DNA of 64,000 nt from Betaproteobacteria bacterium (GTDB taxonomy: Bacteria; Pseudomonadota; Gammaproteobacteria; Burkholderiales; Usitatibacteraceae), in contig JADJEZ010000011.1 of assembly GCA_016708825.1 (NCBI GenBank), forward strand, positions 82,171-146,170, given 5' to 3'. Made by a program: the position numbers and the translations under genes. The notes under the pieces are model-generated. The model had not been told where the DNA came from. It did no database searches and was given only the letters and a program-made list of their open reading frames with translations. Of the stretch, positions 1-10,343 are shown one piece after another (positions within the stretch are counted from its first letter, which is position 1; each line of letters opens with the position of its first letter).

Positions 1-89
1 TTCAGGAAGGCGATGTTGACCAGCTCCCGCAGCCCGACGTGGCGGAGCTTGTAGGCGATGACGTCACGATAACTGTTCTTGTATGCCAT
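1..89 (-). CDS. hypothetical protein, 5' fragment (gene runs off left edge)
   Basis: ATG at 89 (minus strand) opens MAYKNSYRDVIAYKLRHVGLRELVNIAFL.. and runs to the window edge. It lies directly downstream of the flippase-like gene. No motif recognised. Confidence 0.3.
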   Translation of the reverse strand, partial: MAYKNSYRDVIAYKLRHVGLRELVNIAFL

Positions 90-216
90 GCAGAGGTCCC
101 AGTATGCGGGGAGCGGGGCCGTTGCCGATCCCGCGGCGCCCGGGTGTGGACAGGCGGGGCTGCCGTTCCGGGCAATCGCGAGCCGCCAGCATACTATGCA
201 AATATCCCTATGGTCG

Positions 217-1796
217 TCATGGCCTCTTGCCCCGCGCCGCGCCCCTTTGCGCGAGCGAGCGCAGTAGCGAACCCAGCACACCCTTGTCCTGGGCGTTCAG
301 GCCGAGCGTCCACAGCGCCGCCGCATGCACGGCGAGCGCGGCTGCAATGCGAAGGGCCACGGAAAACACATCCCCGCCCTGCGCGATGCCGGCCAGTTCC
401 AGGCCGTAGAAGGTGGCCGTGCCGCTGCCGGCGCTGATCGCGATGATCCTGAGGAAATAGGGCCGGAACGTGCGAAGGCCCATCAGATGGCGCGCCTCGA
501 GGATTCGCGCCACGTTGAGCAGGATGAACGAGAATGTCGCGGCGGCCGCGGCACCAGCCAGCCCGAAGCGGGGAATCAGGACGATCGCCAGCACGATGTT
601 GGAGGTCGTCGTGAGCGCCGCGTTCCAGGTCTCGACCGTCCTGCGCCCGCTCAGCATGAGGATGTAGGCGATCGTTCCGAAGCAGGTGCACAGGGAATAG
701 CCTACGGACATGATCATCAGGGCTTGCGCGCCGGACGCGAACGCGGGGCCGGCCAGCGCGAGGAGGTCGCCGCGGTTCCAGGCGATGGCGATTCCGATCG
801 GAAGCTGGAGCATCACCATCCATCGAATCGCGGTGCCGTACGCTTCCTCGAGCTCCACGATCCGGTTCTCCCTCGACAGTATCGGGTAGACGGGCCCCAT
901 CGCGGCATGGAAAGCGAGCAGGATCATGTCGAGGGGCAGGACGATCTGCAGGCAGAACCGGTAGATGCCCACGGCCTCGCTGCCCAGGAAGAACGCCACG
1001 GCGAACAGGCCCGTCAACGCAAAGACGATGTAGAAGACGGAATTCGCCATGATTCCGGCCGCATACCCGTAGAGGGCGCGGAATCCGTATTTGGGGCTCG
1101 TGCGCCACAGGGCAGGACCCGCGATGCGCACGATCGCGACGATTCCCACCGCACACGCGAGGAGGCTTGCGGCGGCCACCGCGCCGGCGATCCATATCGC
1201 CTGGGCCCGGAAATGCGCCATCGCCCCGAGTGCCGACAGGAAGACCAGCGGCGGCGTGAGGTTCTTCACGATCACGTAATACTTGGCGTGCCCGAATCCC
1301 CGCGTGATCGCCCCCAGGATCTCCGAACCGGCCATGAACGGAACCGCGAAGGCGAGCAGGCGGATGAAGTCCACGACCTGCGCATCGTGAAACAGGTTGA
1401 GCGCGAGCCATGGCGCGAGGAACCAGGCCGCGATCGCGAACGCGGCCCGACGACCAGGGGCAGCAACGCGGCGGCATAGACCGTCCCGATCACGTGCTCG
1501 GTCTGCGCCTTCTGGCGATACGCGGGAATGAAGTGAAATATGGCGACCGGCATGCCGAAGACGGATACGGCTTCGCCGATGCTCGCGACCGCCTTTCCGG
1601 ACGCGTAGAACCCGTAGGCCTGGACCTGCAGCAGTCGCGCCGCAAGGAACTCCGCGAGGATCACCAGCGCCCCGCCGAGCGCGCTTCCCGCCAGGGTTAT
1701 CCCGGCGCTGCGGATTACGGGAGCCTGCCCTTCCGGCTGCGGCTGCGGCGGCGGTTCCCGGCCGGACTGGTCGCGATTCTCGCTCTCCAACTTCAC
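217..1796 (-). CDS. MOP/Wzx-type polysaccharide flippase, frame broken once
   Basis: ORFs 1272..1796 and 217..1374 are both multi-TM hydrophobic. They join as ..VYAAALLPLVVG / AFAIAAWFLAPWLALNLFHDAQVVDFIRLL.. if one base is corrected near 1445-1465. The combined length of about 525 codons fits Wzx-like flippases. Confidence 0.6.
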
Positions 1797-1866
1797 CGGC
1801 TCCGCACGGGCAAATCCATGAAGGCTCCCTTTGCCGCCTGCGGGCAGGTCCCGGGGGCTTCGATGG

Positions 1867-2991
1867 TCAGGAGTCTACCCTGCGGGGAGCGTCCGGAGGC
1901 GGCGTCGATGGACGCTGCGCGGGCTCGCGGCCTCGCCATCCATGACGGGAAAGCGCCCAGGCCACGTGTTCGCGCACCAGCGGCTCGGGATCGTCCGCGC
2001 GCGAGAGCAGGGCGCCTCCGACCGCCGGGGAGGAGGGCGCGTTTCCCAGCGCGACGGCGATGTTGCGCAGCCACCGCGTGTAGCCGATGCGCCGGATGGC
2101 GGATCCCTCCAGCCGCGATTCGAATTCCTCGCGCGTCCAGGAAAAGAGCGTCACGAGCGACGCCGCATCGAGCCCGTTTCGCACGGCGAAATCGGGCGCC
2201 ACCGCCAGGTGCGCGAACTTGTTCCACGGGCAGGCGAGCTGGCAGTCGTCGCAGCCGTAGATGCGGTTGCCCATCGCGACGCGGAACTCCTCGGGGATGG
2301 AGCCGTCGTGCTCGATGGTGAGGTAGGAGATGCAGCGGCGCGCGTCGAGCTGATAGGGCGCCACGATCGCCCGCGTCGGGCACGCCGCGATGCAGCGCTC
2401 GCAGGTGCCGCAGTGGCCGGACACCGGCTCGTCCTTCGCGAGGTCGAGCCCCACGAAGAGTTCCCCGAGGAAATAGTACGAGCCCGCGTCGCGGGACAGG
2501 AGCAGCGTGTGCTTGCCCTGCCAGCCCAGTCCCGCGCGGGCCGCCAGGGCGACTTCCATCACCGGGGCGCTGTCGGTGAAGACGCGGTAGGGGAATTCGC
2601 CCAGCTCGCCGGCCATGCGCTCCGCGAGGCCCTGCAGGCGCGCGCGCATCACCTTGTGGTAGTCGCGCCCGACCGCGTAGCGCGAGACATAGGCGAGCGA
2701 AGCATCGGCCAGGACCTCGTCGGTCCCGCGCGCACCTCCAGGCCAGTAGTTCATGCGCACGGTCACGACGCTCGCGGTGCCGGGCACCAGTTCGGCGGGC
2801 CGCGCGCGGCGCGTGCCATGGCGTGCCATATAATCCATCGCGCCGTGCCAGCCGCGGCCGAGCCACTCGAGGAGACGCGCTTCCTCCCGGGCGAGGTCGA
2901 TGCCCGACACCGCGACGGCATCGAAGCCCGCCTCGAGGCCCCAGCGCTTGACGTGTTGCGCCAGGGCGGCGCGTGATCGGCCCGTGTCCAT
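1867..2991 (-). CDS. queG: epoxyqueuosine reductase
   Basis: Two 4Fe-4S cysteine clusters (GHCGTCERCIAACPT, YGCDDCQLACPWN) in a QueG-like context, with HEAT-like C-terminus. Start set at ATG 2991 (MDTGRSRAALAQHVKRW). Divergent from tsaE, as in many proteobacteria. Confidence 0.85.
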   Translation of the reverse strand: MDTGRSRAALAQHVKRWGLEAGFDAVAVSGIDLAREEARLLEWLGRGWHGAMDYMARHGTRRARPAELVPGTASVVTVRMNYWPGGARGTDEVLADASLAYVSRYAVGRDYHKVMRARLQGLAERMAGELGEFPYRVFTDSAPVMEVALAARAGLGWQGKHTLLLSRDAGSYYFLGELFVGLDLAKDEPVSGHCGTCERCIAACPTRAIVAPYQLDARRCISYLTIEHDGSIPEEFRVAMGNRIYGCDDCQLACPWNKFAHLAVAPDFAVRNGLDAASLVTLFSWTREEFESRLEGSAIRRIGYTRWLRNIAVALGNAPSSPAVGGALLSRADDPEPLVREHVAWALSRHGWRGREPAQRPSTPPPDAPRRVDS

Positions 2992-2998
2992 TTCGCCG

Positions 2999-3490
2999 AT
3001 GGTAATCCGAAGCCAATCCGTCCCCGTGACCACCGCCATCCTTCCCGACGAAAACGCCACGCTCGCGCTGGGTGCCGCCCTGGCGCCGGCGATCGTGCCG
3101 GGGCTGGTGATCACGCTGCGGGGCGAGCTGGGCGCCGGGAAGACCACCCTGGTGCGGGGCCTGGTCCGGGCGCTGGGCCATGGGGGGCGGGTGAAAAGCC
3201 CCACCTATACCCTGGTTGAACTTTATGAGGTTTCGAGGTTAAACTTGTATCACTTTGATTTTTATCGGTTCCACGACCCATCGGAATGGAACTCCACCGG
3301 TTTCCGGGACATCTTCAACGGGCAAAACGTCTGCCTGATCGAATGGCCGGAGCGGGCTGCGGGCCGGCTGCCGCCTGCGGACCTGGAAATTGCGCTCGAA
3401 ATGGCCGACCCGGGACGCCACGCCACGATCACCGCCCGCACGCCCGCTGGAGAGCGCTTGCTCGCCGCCTTGCCGCCAGCCTCGTCCTGA
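2999..3490 (+). CDS. tsaE: tRNA t6A37 biosynthesis ATPase TsaE
   Basis: P-loop GELGAGKTTLVRG, then SPTYTLVELY and HFDFYR motifs. Located upstream of amiC-mutL-miaA. Confidence 0.85.
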   Translation: MVIRSQSVPVTTAILPDENATLALGAALAPAIVPGLVITLRGELGAGKTTLVRGLVRALGHGGRVKSPTYTLVELYEVSRLNLYHFDFYRFHDPSEWNSTGFRDIFNGQNVCLIEWPERAAGRLPPADLEIALEMADPGRHATITARTPAGERLLAALPPASS

Positions 3491-4800
3491 CGCTCGCCTC
3501 GTCCGCGGCGTTCGCCGGGCAGGCGATCCTCGCCTCCCGCGTCTGGCCGGCGCAGGAGTACACGCGCGTCACCTTCGAGACGGCCAAGCCCGTGCGCCAC
3601 CAGTTCTTTTCCGTGCAGGATCCCGAGCGTCTCGTGCTCGACCTCGAGGGCGTGGACATCGACGACGAACTGAAGAGCATCGTCGCCAAGGTGCGCGAGG
3701 ACGATCCCTACATCCGGCAGGTGCGCGTGGCGATCAATCGCCCGAACGTCGTGCGCGTGGTCTTCGACCTGAAGAGCGCGGTGAAGCCCTCGGTGTTCCC
3801 GCTGGCGCCTGCGGGCGCATACCGGCACCGGCTGGTGCTGGATCTCTATCCCGAGACGCCGCGCGATCCGCTGCTCGCGCTCCTGAAGCCCGGCCCGGAC
3901 CCGATCGGCGAAATCGCGAACGCGCCCGTGCTGGAACTCCCGCCCTCCCTGCCAGCCGGGGCCGTCGCGGGAATCCTGACGCCGGAACTCTCCGTCCCGA
4001 CGCAGCCGGGGCTGCCGGTGGTGAAGCTCGAACCCGGCAGGAACACCGCGGTGAAGCCGGCGGGCGCCGCGCCGAAGGTGGTGCGCATGGTGACGATCGT
4101 CATCGATGCGGGCCATGGCGGCGAGGATCCCGGCGCGCGCGGGCGCAGGGGTACGCTGGAGAAGGACGTCACGCTCGCCATCGCCCGGCGCCTGAAGGAG
4201 CGCATCGACCGGGAACCCGGGATGCGCGCGGTGCTCACGAGAGACGGCGACTACTTCATCGGCCTCGCGCAGCGGGTGCAGAAGGCGAGGCGCGTGCAGG
4301 CCGATCTCTTCGTGTCGGTGCACGCCGACGCCTTCGTGCAGTCGCACGCGCACGGTTCCTCCGTTTTCGCGCTCTCGGAGCGCGGCGCGACCTCCGCCGC
4401 GGCGCGCTGGCTCGCCAATCGCGAGAACCAGTCGGACCTGATAGGCGGGGTGAACCTGGACGTGAAGGACCCGGTGCTCGCGAAGACCCTGCTGGACCTG
4501 TCGCAGACCGCGCAGATCAACGATTCCCTGAAGCTCGGCAAGGCCGTGCTGGGGGAGCTGGGCGACATCAACCGGCTGCACAAGAGCGCGGTCGAGCAGG
4601 CGGGCTTCGCGGTGCTGAAGGCCCCCGACGTGCCCTCGATCCTGGTGGAGACGGCGTTCATCTCCAACCCGCAGGAGGAGAAGCGCCTGAAGGACGGCGC
4701 CTACCAGGACAAGATGGCCAATGCGATCTTCCAGGGCATCCGCACCTACCTCGCGCAGAATCCGCCGCTCGCCCGGACGCGGCTTGCGCAGGGCACCTGA
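3343..4800 (+). CDS. amiC: N-acetylmuramoyl-L-alanine amidase (AmiC/AmiB type)
   Basis: Signal-like RRLAASLVLTLASSAAFA, AMIN domain (RVWPAQEYTRVTFE..LVLDL) and Amidase_3 core (VIDAGHGGEDPGA, FVSVHADAF). Start is uncertain: ATG 3343 is the only canonical start in frame and overlaps the tsaE 3' end. Confidence 0.8.
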   Translation: MAGAGCGPAAACGPGNCARNGRPGTPRHDHRPHARWRALARRLAASLVLTLASSAAFAGQAILASRVWPAQEYTRVTFETAKPVRHQFFSVQDPERLVLDLEGVDIDDELKSIVAKVREDDPYIRQVRVAINRPNVVRVVFDLKSAVKPSVFPLAPAGAYRHRLVLDLYPETPRDPLLALLKPGPDPIGEIANAPVLELPPSLPAGAVAGILTPELSVPTQPGLPVVKLEPGRNTAVKPAGAAPKVVRMVTIVIDAGHGGEDPGARGRRGTLEKDVTLAIARRLKERIDREPGMRAVLTRDGDYFIGLAQRVQKARRVQADLFVSVHADAFVQSHAHGSSVFALSERGATSAAARWLANRENQSDLIGGVNLDVKDPVLAKTLLDLSQTAQINDSLKLGKAVLGELGDINRLHKSAVEQAGFAVLKAPDVPSILVETAFISNPQEEKRLKDGAYQDKMANAIFQGIRTYLAQNPPLARTRLAQGT

Positions 4801-7230
4801 TCAGCCGGTGGCCGTTGCCCGCGAGCCCGCCTGCGCACGCAGCATGGCGGAGGCCTCCAGCGCCGTGAGAGGCCTGGAAAAGAGATAGCCCTGGAACGCG
4901 TCGCAGTGCTTCGCGCGCAGGAAATCGAGCTGCGCGCGGGTCTCCACGCCTTCGGCCACGACCCGCAGCTTGAGGCTCCTCGCCATGGCGATGATCGTCT
5001 CGGTGATCGAGCCGCTCGAGGCGTCCTCCGGGACATTGGCGATGAAGGACCTGTCGATCTTCAGACCCGAGGCCGGCAGGCGCTTCAGCTGCGCAAGGGA
5101 GGAATAGCCCACGCCGAAGTCGTCTATCGAGACGCCGATGCCGACGGAGCGTAGCTGGGCGAGGATCTCGATCGACTGCTCCATGCTGCGCATCACCATC
5201 GACTCCGTGATCTCCACGGCGACGCTGCGCGGATCCACGCCGGATTCGCGCACGATCGCGAGGAGCGAGGCCGAGAGCCTTCTCGACATGAACTGGCGCG
5301 GCGAGAGGTTGACCGAAACGACCACGTCGCCGATCCCCTCGGCTTCCCAGGCCTTGAGTTGCCGGCAGGCGGTGCGAAACACCCACTCGCCCAGCTGGAC
5401 GATGAGACCCAGTTCCTCGGCCACGAGGATGAAGTCCGACGGGAGCACCTCGCCCTTCGACGGGTCGTTCCAGCGCACGAGCGCCTCCAGCCCCGCGATG
5501 CGTCCCGTCGCGATGTCGACCTGCGGCTGGTAGCGCAGGAAGAACTCCTCGAGCTCGATGCCCTTGCGCAGGCGCCCCTCCATCTCGAGCCGGCGGGACA
5601 GCAGGTAGTTCAGGTCGCTCGTGTAGAAGCGGGCGGTGTTGCGTCCCGAGTCCTTTGCCTGATACATGGCGCCGTCGGCGTGCTTCAGGAGCTGGTTCAC
5701 GTCCGTGGCATCGTTGGGGTAGTGGCTGATCCCGATCGAAGTCGTGATGTGGACTTCCTGGGAGCCGATCTCCACGGGCCTCGCGAACTCGCGCAGGATC
5801 TTCTCGGCGACGATCCGCGCGTTCTCAGGGCGCTCGAGATCAGGCAGGATCACCACGAATTCGTCGCCGCCCTCGCGGGATACCGTGTCGATCTCGCGCA
5901 CGCAGGAGGCCAGGCGCCTGGCGACGTCCTTGAGCACGTAATCGCCGCTGTCGTGGCCCAGCGTGTCGTTCACCAGCTTGAAGCGGTCGAGGTCGAGGAA
6001 GAGGACCGCAACGTGGCGCTGCTTGCGCCGGGCCTGCATGATCGCCTGGTTCAGGCGGTCCTGCATCAGGCGCCGGTTCGGCAGCCCCGTGAGCGCATCG
6101 TGGTGCGCCATGTAGTGGATGGTGCGCTCGGTGTTCAGGCGCTCGGTGACGTCCTGCACCAGCGAGGCGAAGCCGACGATGCGCCCGCCCGGGTCCACGA
6201 GCGGCGTGTTGTACCACTCGCACTGGATGGAGCGGCCCGCGCGCGTCACGTTGTCGAGCGTGATCTTCGTGCCGTCGCGCGAGAGGCCGAGTTCGCGCCA
6301 CATGGCGTCACGCCTTGCGCCCGAAGCCGGAACGATGAACTCCGTCGCCGTCCGGCCCAGCGCCTCGTGCTCGGGGAAGCCGAAGATCGCCTCGGCCGCG
6401 GGATTCCATGCGGTCACGCGGTGCTGGCGGTCCCACTCGACCACGCCGAGCGGCGTGCGCTCGACGTGCATGCGCAGCTTCTGCGCGGCGAGCAGTTCGG
6501 CCTGCTGGGCCTTCAGGCGCCCGACCATCTCCTCGGCCAGCGCGTCGTTGGCGTGCTCCAGTCGCTCGCGCTCGGTCGCGCGCTCGCTCGAGATCGTCAC
6601 CATTTCCTCGCGTTCTCGCGAGCGACTCGACGAGCGCGCGGTGCAGGCGATCGTGGACGTACGGCAGGACGACCGCGAGCACGAGGATGGCGCCGGAGAG
6701 GAACATCTGGATGCGGTCTCCGGAGGCGCCGAGCGACACCGAGAGCGGGACCAGCGCGACGAAGGCGGTGACCTTGAAGGCGTAGGGGTGGGGCGCGTCG
6801 TAGCCCACTGCGCCCGTGACGAGCAGCGCCACGAGCATGACGACCGTCAGGCGCTGCGCCAGGTGCGCGGTGTCGGGAAAGAGCCCGCTCGCGATCGCCG
6901 CCCAGCACAGCGCGGCGAGGAGCGAGCCGGCGAGGAAGCGGCGCTCCCACCGGGGAAGTTCGGCGCCCGGCGGCTCCCGGTTGATGAAGACCTTGTAGAG
7001 CGCATAGCGGCCCAGGGTGACGGCCGAGATCGCGCCGAACCAGGCGAAGAGCGCCGGCTGCGCGAGCTCCTCCCAGAGAATCGCGCCGAGCACGAACACG
7101 ACGAGCAGGGTGGCGAGATAGCCGATCAGGAGAACCGGTAGAGCAGCCGGACCTGTTCCTCGCGCACGGCCCCGGGAGGTGCGCTCCGGCCGGCGGCCCC
7201 GGGGACTGTGCAGGGGTCCTTTGCGCTCAT
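4801..7230 (-). CDS. membrane-anchored PAS-GGDEF-EAL c-di-GMP turnover protein, frame broken twice
   Basis: ORF 4801..6603 carries PAS (TPLGVVEWD..), GGDEF (SREGGDEFVVIL) and EAL (LEALVRW, DDFGVGYSSL) domains. A multi-TM N-terminal domain (LLIGYLATLLVVFVLGAILW..) lies in another frame at 6604..~7135 and joins at ..LVESLARTRE/MVTISSE.. near 6600. The likely ATG at 7230 (MSAKDPC..) is in a third frame. Confidence 0.7.
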
Positions 7231-7355
7231 GCGGCCCGCAGCCTGCGGGCAGGGAATCGGGGGCGCCCCTGGTTCCAGGTTGAGTGTAACATTCGCCTTG
7301 CTTTCGAGGCCGATTCCTCCCCTGCCGCGGACCGGCTCCGGACCGCGATTCCACG

Positions 7356-9087
7356 ATGGGCCACATCCGCGCGCTACCCGAATTGCTGGTGAACCAGATC
7401 GCCGCCGGCGAGGTGGTGGAACGCCCGGCTTCCGCGCTGAAGGAGCTGGTCGAGAACAGCCTCGACGCGGGCGCGCAGTCGGTTTCGGTCGATCTCGCCG
7501 AGGGCGGGATGCGCCGGATCCGGGTGGCCGACGACGGGGCCGGAATCGACGCGGCGGACCTGCCGCTCGCGCTCGCGCGCTTCGCCACCAGCAAGATAGC
7601 CACGCTCGAGGACCTCGAGCGCGCGGCGACCCTGGGCTTCCGCGGAGAGGCGCTCGCCTCCATCGGCGCGCTGCTCGCGCCTCGCGCTCACCAGCCGGCG
7701 CGCGGGCGAGCGGCACGCCTGGCGCATCGCCTGCGACGGCGGCGCGCTCCGCCGGTCGAACCCGCCGCACTCGCGGCGGGCACCACGGTCGAGGTCGAGG
7801 AGCTCTACTACAACACGCCGGCGCGGCGGAAGTTCCTGAAGAGCGAGGCCACGGAGTTCGCCCGCTGCGAGGACGCCTTTTCGCGCCTGGCGCTTTCGCG
7901 CCCGCAGGTGGCCTTCTCGCTCGCGCACAACGGCCGGCGCGTGGCCCATCTCGCGCCCGGCACCGCGCGGCAGCGGCGCGGCGGCGTGGTGGGCGAGGAT
8001 TTCGCCGGTTCCGCGGTCGAGGTCGACGCGCGCGGCGCCGCGGTCAGGCTCGCCGGCCTCGTGGCGGCCCCCGGTTTCACGCGTGCGACGCGCGACGCGC
8101 AGTATTTCTTCGTGAACGGCCGCTTCGTGCGCGACAAGCTGCTCGCCCACGCCATCCGCGAGGCCTACCGCGACGTCATGCACCACGACCGGCATCCGGC
8201 CTACGTGCTCTTCCTGGACGCGGACCCGCGCCTCGTCGACGTGAACGTGCACCCGGCCAAGAGCGAGGTGCGCTTCCGCGACGCGGGCGCCATCCACCAG
8301 TTCGTCTTCCACGCGCTCTCGCGGGCGCTCGCCTCGCCCTCGCGGGCGCCGGGCGCGCCCCGCCGCCGCCGGCGGGCGCCAGCGGGCCTCCCAGGCCTCC
8401 TCGGCGTTTCGCAGCCGCCGGGCGCTACGAGGCGCTCTCCGCGGCGGCCGGACGCGGCGGCGGCGAGCGCCCGGGCGCCCCGGCGCAGGTCGATCCCGGC
8501 GCCCCGGCCACGCTCGGCTACGCGCTCGCGCAACTGCATGGCGTCTTCGTGCTCGCGCAGAACGCGGCCGGACTCGTGCTGGTGGACATGCACGCGGCCC
8601 ACGAGCGCATCGTCTACGAGAAGCTCAAGGGCGCGCTGGACGTCTCGCGCCTGCCCGCGCAACCGCTGCTCGTGCCCATCGCGATGCCCGCGACGGCCGA
8701 GGAGATCGAGGAGGCCGAGCGTTCCGCCGAGGCGATCGCAAGCCTGGGATTCGAGGCGGGCGCCGCGGGTCCGCGCGAGCTGGTGATTCGCGCGGTGCCG
8801 GCTATGCTCGCCGATCTCGATGCGCCGGCCATGCTGCGCTCGGTCCTCGCCGAGATGCGCGAGTTCGGGGCGAGCCGCGCGCTCGTCGAGCGGCGCAACG
8901 AACTCTCTCCACGATGGCATGCCACGCGGCCGTGCGCGCCAACCGCAGCCTCACCGTGCCGGAGATGAACGCGCTGCTGCGCGAGATGGAGGAGACCGAG
9001 CGGGCCGGCAGCTGCAACCATGGCCGGCCGACCTGGGTGCAGTTCTCGATGGCCGATCTCGACCGCCTGTTCCTGCGCGGCCGCTAG
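7356..9087 (+). CDS. mutL: DNA mismatch repair protein MutL, multiple frame breaks
   Basis: GHKL ATPase N-terminus ([46 protein letters not shown]). C-terminal dimerisation/endonuclease region ([33 protein letters not shown], then [47 protein letters not shown]). The pieces lie in all three frames and the stop is at 9085-9087. Confidence 0.85.
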
Positions 9088-9094
9088 TCTTCCC

Positions 9095-10061
9095 ATGCCG
9101 GGGCAAGCTCCCGCCGTCTTCGTCCTGGGGCCCACCGCGAGCGGCAAGACCGCGGTGTCCCTGGCACTCGCCGCCCGCTTTCCCGTGGAGATCGTGAGCG
9201 TCGATTCGGCGCTCGTCTACCGCGGCATGGACATCGGCACGGCCAAGCCCGACGCGGCGGCGAGGGCCGCGGCGGCGCACCACCTCATCGACATCGTGGA
9301 ACCCACGCAGGCGTACTCGGCTGGGCGTTTTCGCGCCGACGCGCTCCGCATCGCCGAAGAGATCGCCTCGCGCGGGAGGGTGCCGCTCTTCGTGGGCGGC
9401 ACGATGCTCTACGAACGGGCCCTCATGCGCGGCCTGGCGCAGCTTGCCGGCGGCCGATCCCGCGATTGCGCCGGGAGCTGGAGGCGAGGCGCCAGAAGGC
9501 GGCTGGCCGGCGCTGCACGCCGAGCTTGCGCGCATCGATCCGGTCGCGGCGGCCCGGCTCGATCCCCGCGACGCCCAGCGCATCCAGCGGGCGCTGGAGG
9601 TGTTTCGCCTCGCGGGGCGCACCCTCACCGCGATCATCGCGGGCGAGGGACGACCGCCGCCGCCCTTTTCCGCGCTCGCCATCGCGCTCGAGCCGTCGGA
9701 CCGTGCCGTGCTGCACCGCCGGATCGAGGAACGCTTCCACGCGATGCTCGGCGCGGGACTGGTCGAGGAGGTCGTCTCCTTGCGCGCCCGGCACGCGCTC
9801 GCGGCGGGCCTGCCGTCGATGCGGGCGGTGGGCTACCGGCAGGTGTGGGAAACGCTCGAGGGCGCCGCGCCGGCTTCGACGCTGCCCGCGCGCGGCATCG
9901 CGGCCACACGGCAACTGGCCAAGCGCCAGCTCACGTGGTTGCGGGCAATGCGGGAGGTGGAACGGGTGGACTGCCTGCGCCCCGACCTCGCGAAGGAGGT
10001 GGCGGGGCGCGTGGAGCGATTCCTGGGCCAGCGGGGGATCAGTCGTCTCCGTGGTACTTGA
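9095..10061 (+). CDS. miaA: tRNA dimethylallyltransferase, frame broken near 9440-9500
   Basis: P-loop [11 protein letters not shown], then [18 protein letters not shown] and VGGTMLY. The C-terminal half lies in ORF 9444..10061 ([32 protein letters not shown]). A short stretch (AIRRELEAR..) reads in the third frame. Confidence 0.85.
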
Positions 10062-10281
10062 AGCTCACCTTGAGCTTCGCGCGGTAGATGAGCTTGCCGT
10101 TCTCGACCTTCGCGTCCAGCTTGTCGACTTCCGCCACGCGCAGGTCGCGCAGGCTCTTCGAGGCCGCCTTGATGCCGTTGGCTGCCGCATCGGCGAACGA
10201 GGAGGGACTCGTGCCGACGATCTCGGTGATCTTGTAGACGGCGGGCGTGGACGCCCGCGCTTTCTTCGCCTTCTTGGCCAT
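10039..10281 (-). CDS. dodecin-family (flavin-binding-like) small protein
   Basis: 80-aa [76 protein letters not shown].. matches the dodecin pattern. A GGAGGA RBS precedes ATG 10281. Only the tail of track ORF 10039..11583 is real. Confidence 0.75.
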   Translation of the reverse strand: MAKKAKKARASTPAVYKITEIVGTSPSSFADAAANGIKAASKSLRDLRVAEVDKLDAKVENGKLIYRAKLKVSFKYHGDD

Positions 10282-10343
10282 GCTGTTTTCCTCCTGGGGT
10301 TGGGTGGCCAATCCACTATACGCCCGGGGCGGGCCGCGAGGAA

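Noticed and set aside
7714-7733. GGCACG-N4-GCGCA sigma54-like match inside mutL
   Set aside because: It lies within a coding region, has a poor -12 element (GCGCA), and has neither an upstream enhancer-like motif nor a downstream gene start.
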